Shown here: positions 25,246 to 36,032 of the stretch, piece after piece
Position numbering within the stretch: the stretch's first letter is position 1
Layout of the letters: each line of letters opens with the position of its first letter
NCBI GenBank assembly: GCA_012026655.1
Contig: JAAILG010001667.1
Span: forward strand, 1 to 63,431
Source of the DNA: Hydrolagus affinis
Taxonomy: Eukaryota
Direction: 5' to 3'
Length of the DNA stretch: 63,431 nt
Notes under the pieces: model-generated
Databases searched by the model: none
What the model was told of the DNA's origin: nothing
Seen by the model: only the letters and a program-made list of their open reading frames with translations
Translations under genes and position numbers: made by a program

Positions 25246-26242
25246 GGCATTGCAAGGCTTTTTGGAAAGAAAGTTAACTGGAGCGGCTGCCGCTCACTCT
25301 CTGCTTTCCCAATAACACAAGCTTTCCTCTCTTCTGCCCCCAATGAGAACAATGTCATTCAGATGTGTAACTTTTGCACTAGTTTAAAGATCTCTCTGAA
25401 CTGCCTGGTCGCTGTGTGTAAAATGATTATAATTATTATTTATATATTACATTATCATATAAATGATTATATAATCTATTATTAATATGCCATGTTTTTT
25501 TTTAAAAATGTAAAAATTAAAAAATTTTTTTTGTGTGTGTTGGGTTTTCCACCGAATATCCAGCAGGCGCTTTAACCAGCACTGGCCAGTTCCCGAAGGT
25601 AAACGGGCTTCTACTGTACAATAGACCTTGTACTTGATGTAGCGCATTATCGCGTTACAGAATATACTGTAAAGTGAATTGACTGTATATTTGGTGGGCA
25701 AAACAAAAAGAATGCCCATATTCCTTACTTTTTTAATCCCAATTTGCCACCAATGATAACAGGTTAAAAACCACAGGTGGTGGAAGGAAGTGAAGATATA
25801 GAGGCCTGGACTCGCGTGAAAATCACTTGATTAGTAAAGTGAATTTCTTCACTCATAAACCTGCGCTTACCACTGCCAGCACAAGGTGGCGTGAGTGAAC
25901 CCGGAAAGTTGTGTTGTGGCTAAGATTAAAACCTCTATTTACACACAGCTGAGCAATAAAATTTCTTCAAACTATTTCGTTGAAGGCTTTGGGCTTGTGC
26001 GTTGCATGCTGCACTCTTGGGAAATCAGAAGCATTAGTACATTGATGTAGCAATCCTATGTAGGGCTAGGCTGCTCTACATCTCCAACATCACTCTTGTG
26101 TCTGATTCACATCTTAGCTCAATACAGACAATGTATTACACTAATGTACTTTAGGGGTTTAATACCACTTTGGATTATTTTCACTATTATTCACTATTGT
26201 GAGGAATTAGCCAAGCAAAAGTTAATATTTCTCCATTGGGAA

Positions 26243-26553
26243 TGACTTGTAGCTCAGTGGCTAGAGCACTCGCCTTACAACCTGTGTTTCAAATCCAGGC
26301 AGGTCAAGGCAAAACCTTGGGCAAGTTTCCTTGCCACACACGCCTAATAATAATCCGTCCGAAATAAACCCTATAATAAATTGGTCATTTCAATCCACGA
26401 CTGTTTGTGGGACACTGCTGTGCGCAATTGGCTGCCGCATTTCACCCACAAATATACAGTCAATTCGCTTTACAGTATATTTTGTGAAGTGCTTTGGAAG
26501 GTCTAGAAAAAGTGAAAAGCGCTATATCAAATGCAAGGATTATTATTATTATT
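26243..26553 (+). mobile_element. tRNA-derived SINE, near full length
   Basis: TGTAGCTCAGTGG...CCTTGGGCAAGTTTCC...AAATGCAAGGATTATTATT. Confidence 0.9.
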
Positions 26554-27460
26554 ACGACTTCGGGTGGGGGAAAAATTAAGTGGATTTAGTGCAGACAACT
26601 CTCAAACATCGCAAGAGAATTGATTAAAAACAGCAACAAATTGCACTCAAGTTGAACCTTTCACTTGGTGAGAACATCAGAAGGAGGAGCAAAGTGGGAG
26701 TGGGAGCTCAAGCTGGCAGAGAGTTATGGGGTAGGTGGCCAAAGATACAGTCATAGAGTTAGGTTTGTAAGTGGATTTTGAAAGCAGATGGAGTGAATGA
26801 AGTAGAGGATGGTGAGTGTGAGTGGGAGTAACTGAAAGCTCACCCACTAATGGTCGGGTGGAGCAGGCAGTGAATACCAAGCAGGCCAGAGTCGGTGGGT
26901 CAGAGTAAGAGGTACAGCTGGATTGCAAGAGATCTCAGAGATAGGGTGGGGCTGGACAGCCAGGCATGTGGAAGCACGGAACAAGATTTTGAAGACTGGG
27001 GGATAGGGAATTGGGCTTGCTGATAAGAGAGAGAGAGAGAGAATGTGGGCTGCGGGTGTCTGAGGCCAGTGGCAGTGAACTAGAGACTTGGATGAGGGTT
27101 TTGGCTGCATTGGGGGTGGGAAGCGGAGGTGGGGGGCAGAGGCGGAGGTTGTGACAGAGGCAGGTTACGTCTCAGAAATGGACAAAAGCAGATTTGTTCA
27201 GAGGCCAGGAAGGAAAGCTGACGGTCGAACAAAACAATGCGGCGTCTGGGAACAAATCTAAACAGATTGGGGAAGAGAAATATTTCAAGAAATCAAGAGA
27301 TTTATAACAATAAAAAAGATTCCTCTTCGAGATGACATCTGGAAAATGACTTTACCACAACATCCATGGCCACGACTTGAACTCTGGCATGCATCTCACT
27401 GACTGAGTTATAGTGACAGCTATTATCCCTTATTTCACCACATAACAAGAACCAACGCAC

Positions 27461-27563
27461 CTGTGTAATTCTCATTTCCTTGTGTGACCGCACTCAGCAG
27501 CTGAGCAACGGAGGCACCGACCATCTTAGCGCTGCTCCCCAAGTCCTGGGAACACTTTTCCAG
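27461..27563 (-). CDS. TLN1: talin-1 exon 26
   Basis: LEKCSQDLGSSAKMVGASVAQLLSAVTQGNENYT; 103 nt; AG/GT. Confidence 0.96.
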
Positions 27564-28212
27564 CTGCCAAAAGAAAGCGTAGAAAATGAGCATTTTCCCC
27601 TCCCGAGCCTGCAGCTGTGCAATCAGGAATAAGATATCCTCCTCGCTGGTACCTGTGCCATGATTCACGACAAGGCAATAGCCTTCACCGGGTTACCGGA
27701 ATACAGAATGAAGCGGAATCAAGAAATTCACGGGCGTTTTAGACAAGCAGCTGGATGTTAACCGGCTGTTTACATTATAGGAGGCAACCTACACGTTTAA
27801 ATCTGTGCTTGCTCCTCCCATATCCTAGTCACTCTGCATTAAAAAAACACTAATTCCTCCTCGCCTCCCCATTTGCTTATTTAAACATACAAAGGCCAGA
27901 TTAAAATGCTTGCAGCCGGGCAACATTTACTTCGGAGTAGCCGAGGCTGATTTTCCATCACCTGGAAAGCACTACATTCCAGCTCCATGGATTAGCATTA
28001 GAACAAGCGCAAAATCAGGTGGTGCTTTTGTGCACACATTTACTCCATTCAACGTGGGCACAAGAAGCTCCAAAGCGCCATGCTCTGAATGAATGGGGAG
28101 CCCTGATAGGTCGTTTCTGTCCGCGCTTCGTTTGAGATGATAATTTCCATTGGTCGGTCCAGTGGAATCTCCGAATAAGATGACGCTGGGTTTAAATTCA
28201 TTTGTATTTTAC

Positions 28213-28341
28213 CGTTTCCCCTGGCAGTGGTCGCAGTTTTCCTTCTGCGGCAGATGCTTTGACTTCCTGAAGATCTTTCTCCATTGTCCTGATCTGGCTC
28301 AGAGCAGAGTCCATCGCCAATGGACCACAAGCTTCCTGGGC
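28213..28341 (-). CDS. TLN1: talin-1 exon 25
   Basis: AQEACGPLAMDSALSQIRTMEKDLQEVKASAAEGKLRPLPGET; 129 nt; AG/GT. Confidence 0.96.
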
Positions 28342-28632
28342 CTATACACAGAAAACAGTGGAATATTATTAGGAACATAGGAATCCCTGGACGAAAAAAA
28401 GACCAAGGTCTAACTTGTTCACCTTCAGCCATCCTGGTATGTTACAATGATAATGGAGACGAGTATTCATGGCAATCAATCTATGGATCAATCTGCTTCA
28501 GATTCAAGAGACAAGGTGAGGGAAATCCGACAGTGGTGAAAAGCTTTGAGAACCAGAGGTCCAAAAGAGAAATCTGCGATAATCCCTCCCTCTAGCCCTC
28601 CACCTTGCTGTCCATCTTTTATTCTTGCCTGA

Positions 28633-28920
28633 AAATAATAATAATCCTTTGATTTTGATATAGCGCTTTTCATGTCTTCTAGACGTCTCAGAGTGATTCA
28701 CAGAATATACTGTAAAGTGAATTGACTGCATATATGTGGGCGAAATGCGGCAGCCAATTGCGCACAGGGGTGTTCCACAAACAGTCGTGGATTGAAATGA
28801 CCAATTTTATTATTGTTTTTTTTTGAGGGATTATTATTAAACGCATGGAGTAAGGAAATTTGCCCAAGGTTTCGCCCTGCCTGGAATTGAACCCAGGTCT
28901 CTCACTTGTAAGGCGAGTGA
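28633..28920 (-). mobile_element. tRNA-derived SINE
   Basis: Homologous to other copies; head truncated. Confidence 0.88.
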
Positions 28921-29218
28921 AAGGACTTGTAAGGACTCCACCTGTATCTCTCTTCAGCACCGTCTATGATTACCAACCCTCCCCCTTCTCTAGCATTTCA
29001 TGGCTTCAATTCCATTTCCTATACAATCCTGTCTTTCCACTGACAATGAAAGGGGTGAGATAAATGCTGCCAGATCCTCAGTGCTTTTCATCCTGCCCAA
29101 CCTTCTCTCACAGGCTTCGATTTTATAAAGTTACCAGCAACAACCACACAGGTTGAAACATCACATCGCAAACACTCGCACTCAACGTCGACTCCGATTC
29201 CAAGTCATTCTAACTTGC

Positions 29219-29353
29219 CTTCTGTGCGGCCGCTCGTAGCTCTTGTAAGGCGTTGGCCAGGTTCTTAGCGCACTGGCTTAGTTGCATGGCTGAGGCCTGC
29301 TCTCCCACGGTGGGAATTGTAGCTCTCGCAGCAGCAACCATTTTAGCACCAGG
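29219..29353 (-). CDS. TLN1: talin-1 exon 24 (GC donor)
   Basis: PGAKMVAAARATIPTVGEQASAMQLSQCAKNLANALQELRAAAQK; 135 nt; ends AAG|GCAAGT. Confidence 0.94.
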
Positions 29354-29372
29354 CTGCAAACAAACAAACAGT

Positions 29373-29772
29373 TAATAATAATAGTAATCCTTGCTTTTAA
29401 TATAGTGCCTTATCACACCTTTGAGATGTCTCAAAGCGCTTCAAATGTTTTGTGTATTTTGTGGGTGAAATGCGGTAGCAAATGCGCACAGCAATGTCCC
29501 ATGTCAAACAGTCATGGATTGAGTGATCAGCTTCTTATATATGTATATTATGTATTTACAAATTTTGATGATTAAAATCTTTTTTAAAGAGATTATTATC
29601 CCAGGAAAAGCCATCTGCCAATTGGCTAGTAATCGGATACCTACTTACTGCTTTATAAACAGAGGAGTGCGGAGTAAGGAAAGTTGCCAAAGGTTTCGCC
29701 ATGCCTGGGAATCGAACCCAGGTCCTCTCACTTGCGAGGCACGTGCTCTAACCAGAACACTATAGGACTGCA
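29373..29772 (-). mobile_element. tRNA-derived SINE, long form
   Basis: Full head (GGTTCGATTCC), extra central segment; tail ends about 20 nt from the exon 24 acceptor. Confidence 0.85.
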
Positions 29773-30067
29773 CAAGAATGCTTCAGGCATGGTATCCGAT
29801 AGGTCCCATGCACTCTTTTACTGAGCAAACTATAAATGTGGATAAATCATCATTGTGACTATCGATTTCTTTCTGTTTTGTGTCTGCTCTTTTTGAAAAA
29901 AGTGTGGCTTTTTAAAAAAAAAAAGTTTAAAAAAAATGTGTAGTTGACACGCAACCAAAAAAAGAAAAAATCGTAACGTATTTTTCCCAACCCCATGTAT
30001 GGTGTTTGGACAAGATGGTGTATGGAGCAGATGACTGTGTGGGATTGTAGACCTGGCGACTGTGTAC

Positions 30068-30181
30068 CTGTAGGAAGTTCTGGCTCGCACTTATGAGTGC
30101 CAACTGGGCGCTGGGACTGTCGGGCTGGGATTGGCTGCCACGTACACCTTGGACCAGCAGTGGAATCTGTTCAGCAACAAC
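30068..30181 (-). CDS. TLN1: talin-1 exon 23
   Basis: VVAEQIPLLVQGVRGSQSQPDSPSAQLALISASQNFLQ; 114 nt; AG/GT. Confidence 0.96.
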
Positions 30182-31341
30182 CTGCAAACACAACAAGAAG
30201 GGTCTGAAGCCTAACCCACACCTAAATGGTCCTGACCTTGTGCAGGACAGAACATAGGCTTTGTTTAGTGTCTTGTTAAAAATAAAGATTTGGGGGTGAT
30301 GTGAAGAGTAGAAAGAAGAGACTACAAACATTTAATGTTCCATAACAGTTTAAATTTAAGGTATTGAGGGTTTTGTGGTTCAGGATTATATCCACTTAAA
30401 TTTTGGGACAGCGCTCATCAATGGGAGCAGGGGGCATAGAACAAGAAGTGAAAAGAATTTAGAGGTCATCATGGGTAAGAATCAGAGGGATGAGATTTTA
30501 AGGGGCTTTTTGATATTAAATGGGAGAGATGCAGCAAGGCAAAGTAATCTTGCAAGAGTGCCAAGGAGGACAGCATTGATGGCTAAAAGCTGACCTCTCT
30601 CGCACCCAACTCTGAGTAGTGGAGGAGAGGGAATTGAATATAACAACAATAGAACAACAACATTACATTCGGAGACAGCCTTGTACATCAGGAAGACGTC
30701 CCAAGGCATTTGCACAATACAAGCAATAAACCAGAGAATGGGGACTGAGATATAGGGTCAGAGAGGAGCACAGAATAGGTATAGGAAGATCCTGGAGGAG
30801 CAGAACACAAGGACATGACTACCAAAACAAAGCTAAACTTTATTTCAGAAGGGTGGCAAGGATGAGGTGAGGGGGGTGGGTGTGGGGGGGGGATGCTGGG
30901 AGAAGCAGGTCTTTAACAGGATGGCACCCAGGCTTCGGTCATTTCTTTTTAAAGAAAAATATTTGGATGGTGAGATGGGGCTCTATAAGTACAGTAAATC
31001 TCACATAAGACATATCAGTTGGGACCATGTATTTAATGGAGTTAATGCAAAGTATGATTACGTGAAACTTGCATAAGGTCATATCATACACAATTTATTA
31101 AAGTTATGTACAGGTCGGATGTTATATGACTTGCACATAATAATTACACAAGTACTGAATTGACTGGTGACATTAAGGCAATGTTTTGTACCATGTTTAA
31201 CCCATGCATATTAATGCACTGCGGGTTTTACGATAGAAAAAGGTCCGTACGACTACTTCTGGATAGGAGTTTAGTAAAACGGCTTAAAATAAATGTTCCT
31301 CTGAAACATTGCAAAGGTGCAGACAGCAATAGAGCTCTCAC

Positions 31342-31455
31342 CTTGCAGCTCTGCACCATTTGCTGCTGGACGGCTAGGTTCTTGTTTGACGAGGCAGCAT
31401 GTTGAGCCGCAGCAATAGTCTGCGTTGCAGCAGCTGCAGCTCGCTTGGCTGCGTT
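31342..31455 (-). CDS. TLN1: talin-1 exon 22
   Basis: NAAKRAAAAATQTIAAAQHAASSNKNLAVQQQMVQSCK; 114 nt; AG/GTGAG. Confidence 0.96.
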
Positions 31456-32493
31456 CTGAAAAGAGAAAGGCAAGTCTGTAAAATTCACGTTCAACATCTC
31501 CCCCCAACCCCTCACCCCTTCCTCCTCATTTTGTCATGAATGTGGAAGTATTTTACCTATCATATACCTATCATATACCTATCAACACCAGATAAAACTA
31601 TTAACCCCACATTCACTCGCAAAATACTTTACTATGTACTCTGCAAAGCGCTTGGAGAAGTCTCAACACTGTGATAAGGCGCTATTTCAAATGTCAGGAT
31701 TATTAATGTTATCTACCGACTCCAACACATGCTGTTAAAAGCATTAATGAGCAAGCACAGATATTCAGAGAGTTTTCTGTGGGGCCCGAGCGCAAGAGCA
31801 TTAATGTCCAGTAATGATTTTTAAAAATTACTTGATTTGATACAACGCCTTATCACATCATTGAAACGGCTCAACATTTTTCAGAAGTTGTTCTGTAAAG
31901 TGCAGGGATTGCAATATAAGCAACCGCAGCAGCTAAGTAAAACAATGTTCCCCTGTCAAGCGGCGAACCAATGTCTTTGGTTTAATGTCTCACCTGAAGG
32001 ACCGCAATAATGGCAGTACTCCTCCAGCACTGGATTGGAACCGCAGCTTACGAGTTTGGCTTGAACCCATTAACTTCTGACTCAGAGGTGAGAATGTTAC
32101 GAGCTGAACCAGGCCGACACTTTGAAGAGCATCTTGGCTAGGGTCAGACTCATGAAAACAATTTTCAAGCAACACTACCCAGATAATAATGAGGTGCGAC
32201 AGCTCTGACTTATACAGTCATCTCTCTCTCTCTATAGTCACTGGACTCCAGTGTTACACGTGTTTTTCATCAAATGCCTTGTTGAGATCAATTAACTCAA
32301 TGCACTGAATGTGGGTCCTTTTGGACAGGCTGCTCCAGAATATATCTGGATGAATGCACATTGCCAACAGAGAAGCCTGAAAACCCCACTTCAGGCTTTA
32401 CCTATGTTAGTACAGTCCTCGCTGTGACAATAACATAAAGGCACAATCATTTTCAGGCAACATTTGTCTGTTGCATCAGGTTTTTCCACTCAC

Positions 32494-32622
32494 CTCTAAT
32501 TTGTTCATTAATTTCTTCTTGATGGCATTCTGGGCTGCCGCGTTGGTGGCCATTCGCAAACCTTCGGCGGCTTCTCTCAACCTCTGCTGCTGCTCCTCAC
32601 TGTCGGGATTGGCTGCTGCACC
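32494..32622 (-). CDS. TLN1: talin-1 exon 21
   Basis: GAAANPDSEEQQQRLREAAEGLRMATNAAAQNAIKKKLMNKLE; 129 nt; AG/GTGAGT. Confidence 0.96.
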
Positions 32623-32789
32623 CTACAAAATAACGCAACCTTGTTTCCCTCTGATAACCAACATCAACACAGAACTGTGTAATAAAACTGGGGAAAAAAC
32701 ACCCCACAAAACTAGCTGGACGCACATTTTCTCTGGGCTTCTTTTACACTTTTGAAACCGCAATTTGGCAAGTATTAATAATAAATAAC

Positions 32790-33108
32790 AAACAATAATC
32801 TTTGCATTTGATATAGCGCTTTTTCACATCTCTAGATGTCTCAAAGCGCGTCACAGAATTTACTGTAAAGTGAATTGACTGTATAATTTGTGCACAAAAT
32901 GCGGCAGCCAATTATGCACAGCAGTGTCCCACAAACAGTCGTGGATTGAAACGACCAATTTTATGATTGTGTTTTTTTTAGATGGATTATTATTAGGCGT
33001 GTGGAGTAAGGAAACTTGCCCAAGGTTTCGCCCTGACCTGCCTGGATTCGAACACGGGTCTCATGCTTGTAAGGCGAGTGCTCTAACCACTGAGCTACAG
33101 GAATCCAC
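32790..33108 (-). mobile_element. tRNA-derived SINE, full length
   Basis: A-box, CTTACAAG loop, B-box GTTCGAATCC, L2-type tail. Confidence 0.92.
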
Positions 33109-33239
33109 AGACACCAGGAAAGAAAAAAAAATAGCCGTGCTTTGCTTTGTGTTTGTGTGAAAACGGCATTCACAATTGGAATTTGATGCTGCAGATTACA
33201 TACAAACTCTCCGAGCTATCCCAAGCTCTCGGAAGTTAC

Positions 33240-33375
33240 CTTTGCAGCTTCCACCATCTTGGCAGTGGCATCTGCNNNNNNNNNNNNNNNNNNNNNNNNN
33301 NNNNNNNNNNNNNNNNNNNNNNNNNNNNNNNNNNNNNNNNNNNNNNNNNNNNNNNNNNNNNNNNNNNNNNNNNNN
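33240..33375 (-). CDS. TLN1: talin-1 exon 20, only last 36 nt (33240-33275) sequenced; remainder in N gap
   Basis: ADATAKMVEAAK followed by GT donor; a polypyrimidine tract abuts the other side of the gap. Confidence 0.9.
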
Positions 33376-33694
33376 AGGAGAGGAAAGAATAGGAAGGTAA
33401 TAAACGGAAAAAAAAGAGGAAATGGCATTTACTATTAAATAAATATTGTTGATTAAATATTCTTCACAAAACGCTTTACCGAGATCAAATTGGCCAGAGG
33501 ACAAGTGTACATCACAGTACCATTGAGATAAATCAATACCGATAAATACTAACCCAGTTAACAAAATTAGCTTATGAATACAGAAGTGATGTTATTGATG
33601 GAAGCTTTAGCCACACATCACATTTCATTTGAAAGCAGATGTTTAAATGTAGAAGGTCTTTTTGGTGGTTTCCTAGTGGTGGTCATTAAACATT

Positions 33695-34250
33695 CAACAA
33701 CAAAAGCTTGGATTTATATAGCGCCTTCCACACCAGATGGCGTCTCAGAGCACGTCACAATAACGGATCCCGGGGCCGAGCCAGGAGGATGGGAAAAATG
33801 TGACCAAAAGCACGGTCAAAAAGAAAGGTCTTTAGCCGAGACCTGAAAATAGGAAAAGAGGCGCCAAGGCGAAGGGAGTGAGGAAGGGAGTTCCACAGCC
33901 TTGGGGCATAGTGGCTGAAGGCATGGCCACCGATGGTGGAATGGAGGATTCGAGGAACAAGGGGGAGGCCAGACCAGGTAGAGCGAAAGCAACGGGTTCT
34001 GTTGTGAGGAGAGAGATCAGAGAGGTAGGGGGGTATAGAGGAGGGGAGGGATTTGAAAAGAAGAGTGAGGATCTTGAAATCAATCTGCTCCGACACAGAG
34101 AGCCAGTGAAGTCTGGCAAGGACTGGGGTAATTGGGGAGTAAAGTTTGGCAAGGGTGAGAACGCAGGCAGCGGAATTTTGGATAACCTGGATTTTGTGAA
34201 TGGTGGCAGAGGGGAGACCAGCGAGGACGCATTGGCATTCACCTGCAGCA
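33695..34250 (-). mobile_element. L2 LINE 3' end
   Basis: IQNSAA...LHWLSVSEQIDFKIL...APRLWNSLP...LKTFLF; same family as 19150-19740. Confidence 0.9.
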
Positions 34251-34460
34251 ACCACTATGCCCCAAGGTTGTGGAACTCCCTTCGCCTCTCCCCCTCTCTT
34301 CCCAGTTTCAGGTCTCAGCTAAAGATCTTTCCTTTCACCGCACCTTTGGTCACCTTTCTCCCCCTGCCCCTGGCTTACCCCCGGTATCCTTTATTGTGAA
34401 GCGCTCTGAGACGCCGTCCAGCTTGAAGGGCGCTATATAAATTAAAGTTGTTGTTGTAGT
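34250..34460 (+). mobile_element. L2 LINE 3' end, inverted and abutting the previous copy
   Basis: [10 protein letters not shown]...SFRSQLK; GGCGCTATATAAAT..AAGTTGTTGTTG tail. Confidence 0.85.
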
Positions 34461-34509
34461 AGTCACAAGCCTGCACATTCATCCCCCAAAAAAGCAGAAA
34501 AATCCTTAC

Positions 34510-34804
34510 CGGCATCCCCCATGGAGCTGAAAATGTTCTCAGTGACTGTTAGGATGGTATCAGTGGCCTGATCGTAGCGTCCTAGCGGGTGTCCTCCGGT
34601 GGCGTACAGCTTGATGTGCTGAAGGAGATCATTGAGGGCCTGCGATACAGCGGTAGCAGCCACTCCAACCTGCTTCAGCAGCTGCTCGTCTTGTGTGGCA
34701 GCCTGCGAGGCTTCTACACAGCCCTCCACTGACTTGGCAACCAGTTTGCCCGCTTCAATTAGCTGCTCCTGACATGCTGGGGAGCTAATGGTTGGAGCTA
34801 CAAC
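34510..34804 (-). CDS. TLN1: talin-1 exon 19
   Basis: VVAPTISSPACQEQLIEAG...TENIFSSMGDA; 295 nt; AG/GTAAG. Confidence 0.97.
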
Positions 34805-35564
34805 CTGCAGGAGTAGAAATAGGTGCAATGTCGTTACCAGTGCTTTACAATCAGGTCTGTTAGGCGAACCTCATTTTGCTGTGATGGTTGTTAAATCAGA
34901 ACACAGAATAAAATATGTTCACATATATATATATCTCATCTATTATATGTCAATTATTTACAATATGTAGATATTATACCCACAAAAGTTACAAATGAAA
35001 ATATTATTTTAAGAAAACATCAATTTTTATGAAGCTTTCCAACTAGAATAATTTCTGAAAATTTGGCTATATCTAGTCTGCCCTATACAGCTTTTATTTT
35101 TTATACTGTGTATACATCGGAAAATAAATCTGTGCAAACAAGGGGAGAAATATGACAGTCTCTTCCTAAAATACTCTAGCCATACAGCCATTCAGAACCT
35201 ACTCAAAATACAGTCAGGAGACTTTAGACGAAATCCTGTGAAACGCTTTGAGATGTCCCCCTGATGTGAAAGGCCCTATATCAAATGCAAGGATTATTAC
35301 TATTATGATAACGTATAATGCATTTTATATTTAACATTCAGCTATATTAGTGCAAGTTGTTTAACGACGGACATTTATTTGTGCTACAATTATTTGTGCT
35401 GCATATAAGAGGTTTATTTCACTACATAAGGCATAACATTTTTGCTATAGAGCATGGAGGCTGCATGTTGTAGCGCTGAATGCTTAGTTTGTAAGGTTTG
35501 AAGAACCATTGTTGAGGTGCCAATGGGCAGAACTCACTTGCACCCTGAATAAAAGTACCCAGTT

Positions 35565-35790
35565 CAAACATAGGAATATAGGAACAGGAGTAGGCCATTC
35601 AGCCCCTTGAGTCTGTTTCACCATTCTGAGACCATGGTTAATGTGTACCTCAACTCCAAATTTGGCCTTTGCCCCATATCCCTTGATACCGTAACCTCGC
35701 AGAAATCTATCCACCTCGGTCTTGAAAATCTGACTGGATAGAGCATCTACAGCCTTTTGGGGGAGAGAGTTCCAGATTTTCACTATCGCT
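35565..35790 (-). mobile_element. CR1-type 3' end (LINE or CR1-tailed SINE)
   Basis: KIWNSLPQKAVDA...FKTEVDRFL; GGGGCTGAATGGCCTACTCCTGTTCCTAT tail. Confidence 0.8.
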
Positions 35791-35864
35791 CCATCAATTT
35801 CATTAATAGTTCAAAAGTTCACCACCCACTCATGACCAATGAATCAGGTTTCACAAACGCTTAC

Positions 35865-36032
35865 CTTAGTACAAGCCACTAGTTGTGAGGTGGAGAGAGC
35901 GCACTGTGTCGCAGCGGCGATAACACGGTTCTGCAAACCCGAATCATTCGCTTTCTGAGCCACATTCTTCGACCTCAGGACCAACGCAGCTGCCGCATTC
36001 GCCACGGCTTTGGCCAACTGCATGAAGATTTC
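35865..36032 (-). CDS. TLN1: talin-1 exon 18
   Basis: EIFMQLAKAVANAAAALVL...QCALSTSQLVACTK; 168 nt; AG/GTAAG. Confidence 0.96.

Larger units (their letters stand above)
24823..25616. mobile_element. Tigger-like MITE split by ~560 bp internal cargo (Pack-TIR-like)
   Basis: Left half 24823-~24935 and right half ~25495-25616 align to the 14772/47286 MITE; TIRs CAGTAGAATGCCGTTTA / TAAACGGGCTTCTACTG; TA on both sides. Confidence 0.8.

Noticed and set aside
31554-31583. 11-bp tandem repeat TACCTATCATA
   Set aside because: Ordinary slippage duplication with no evident significance.
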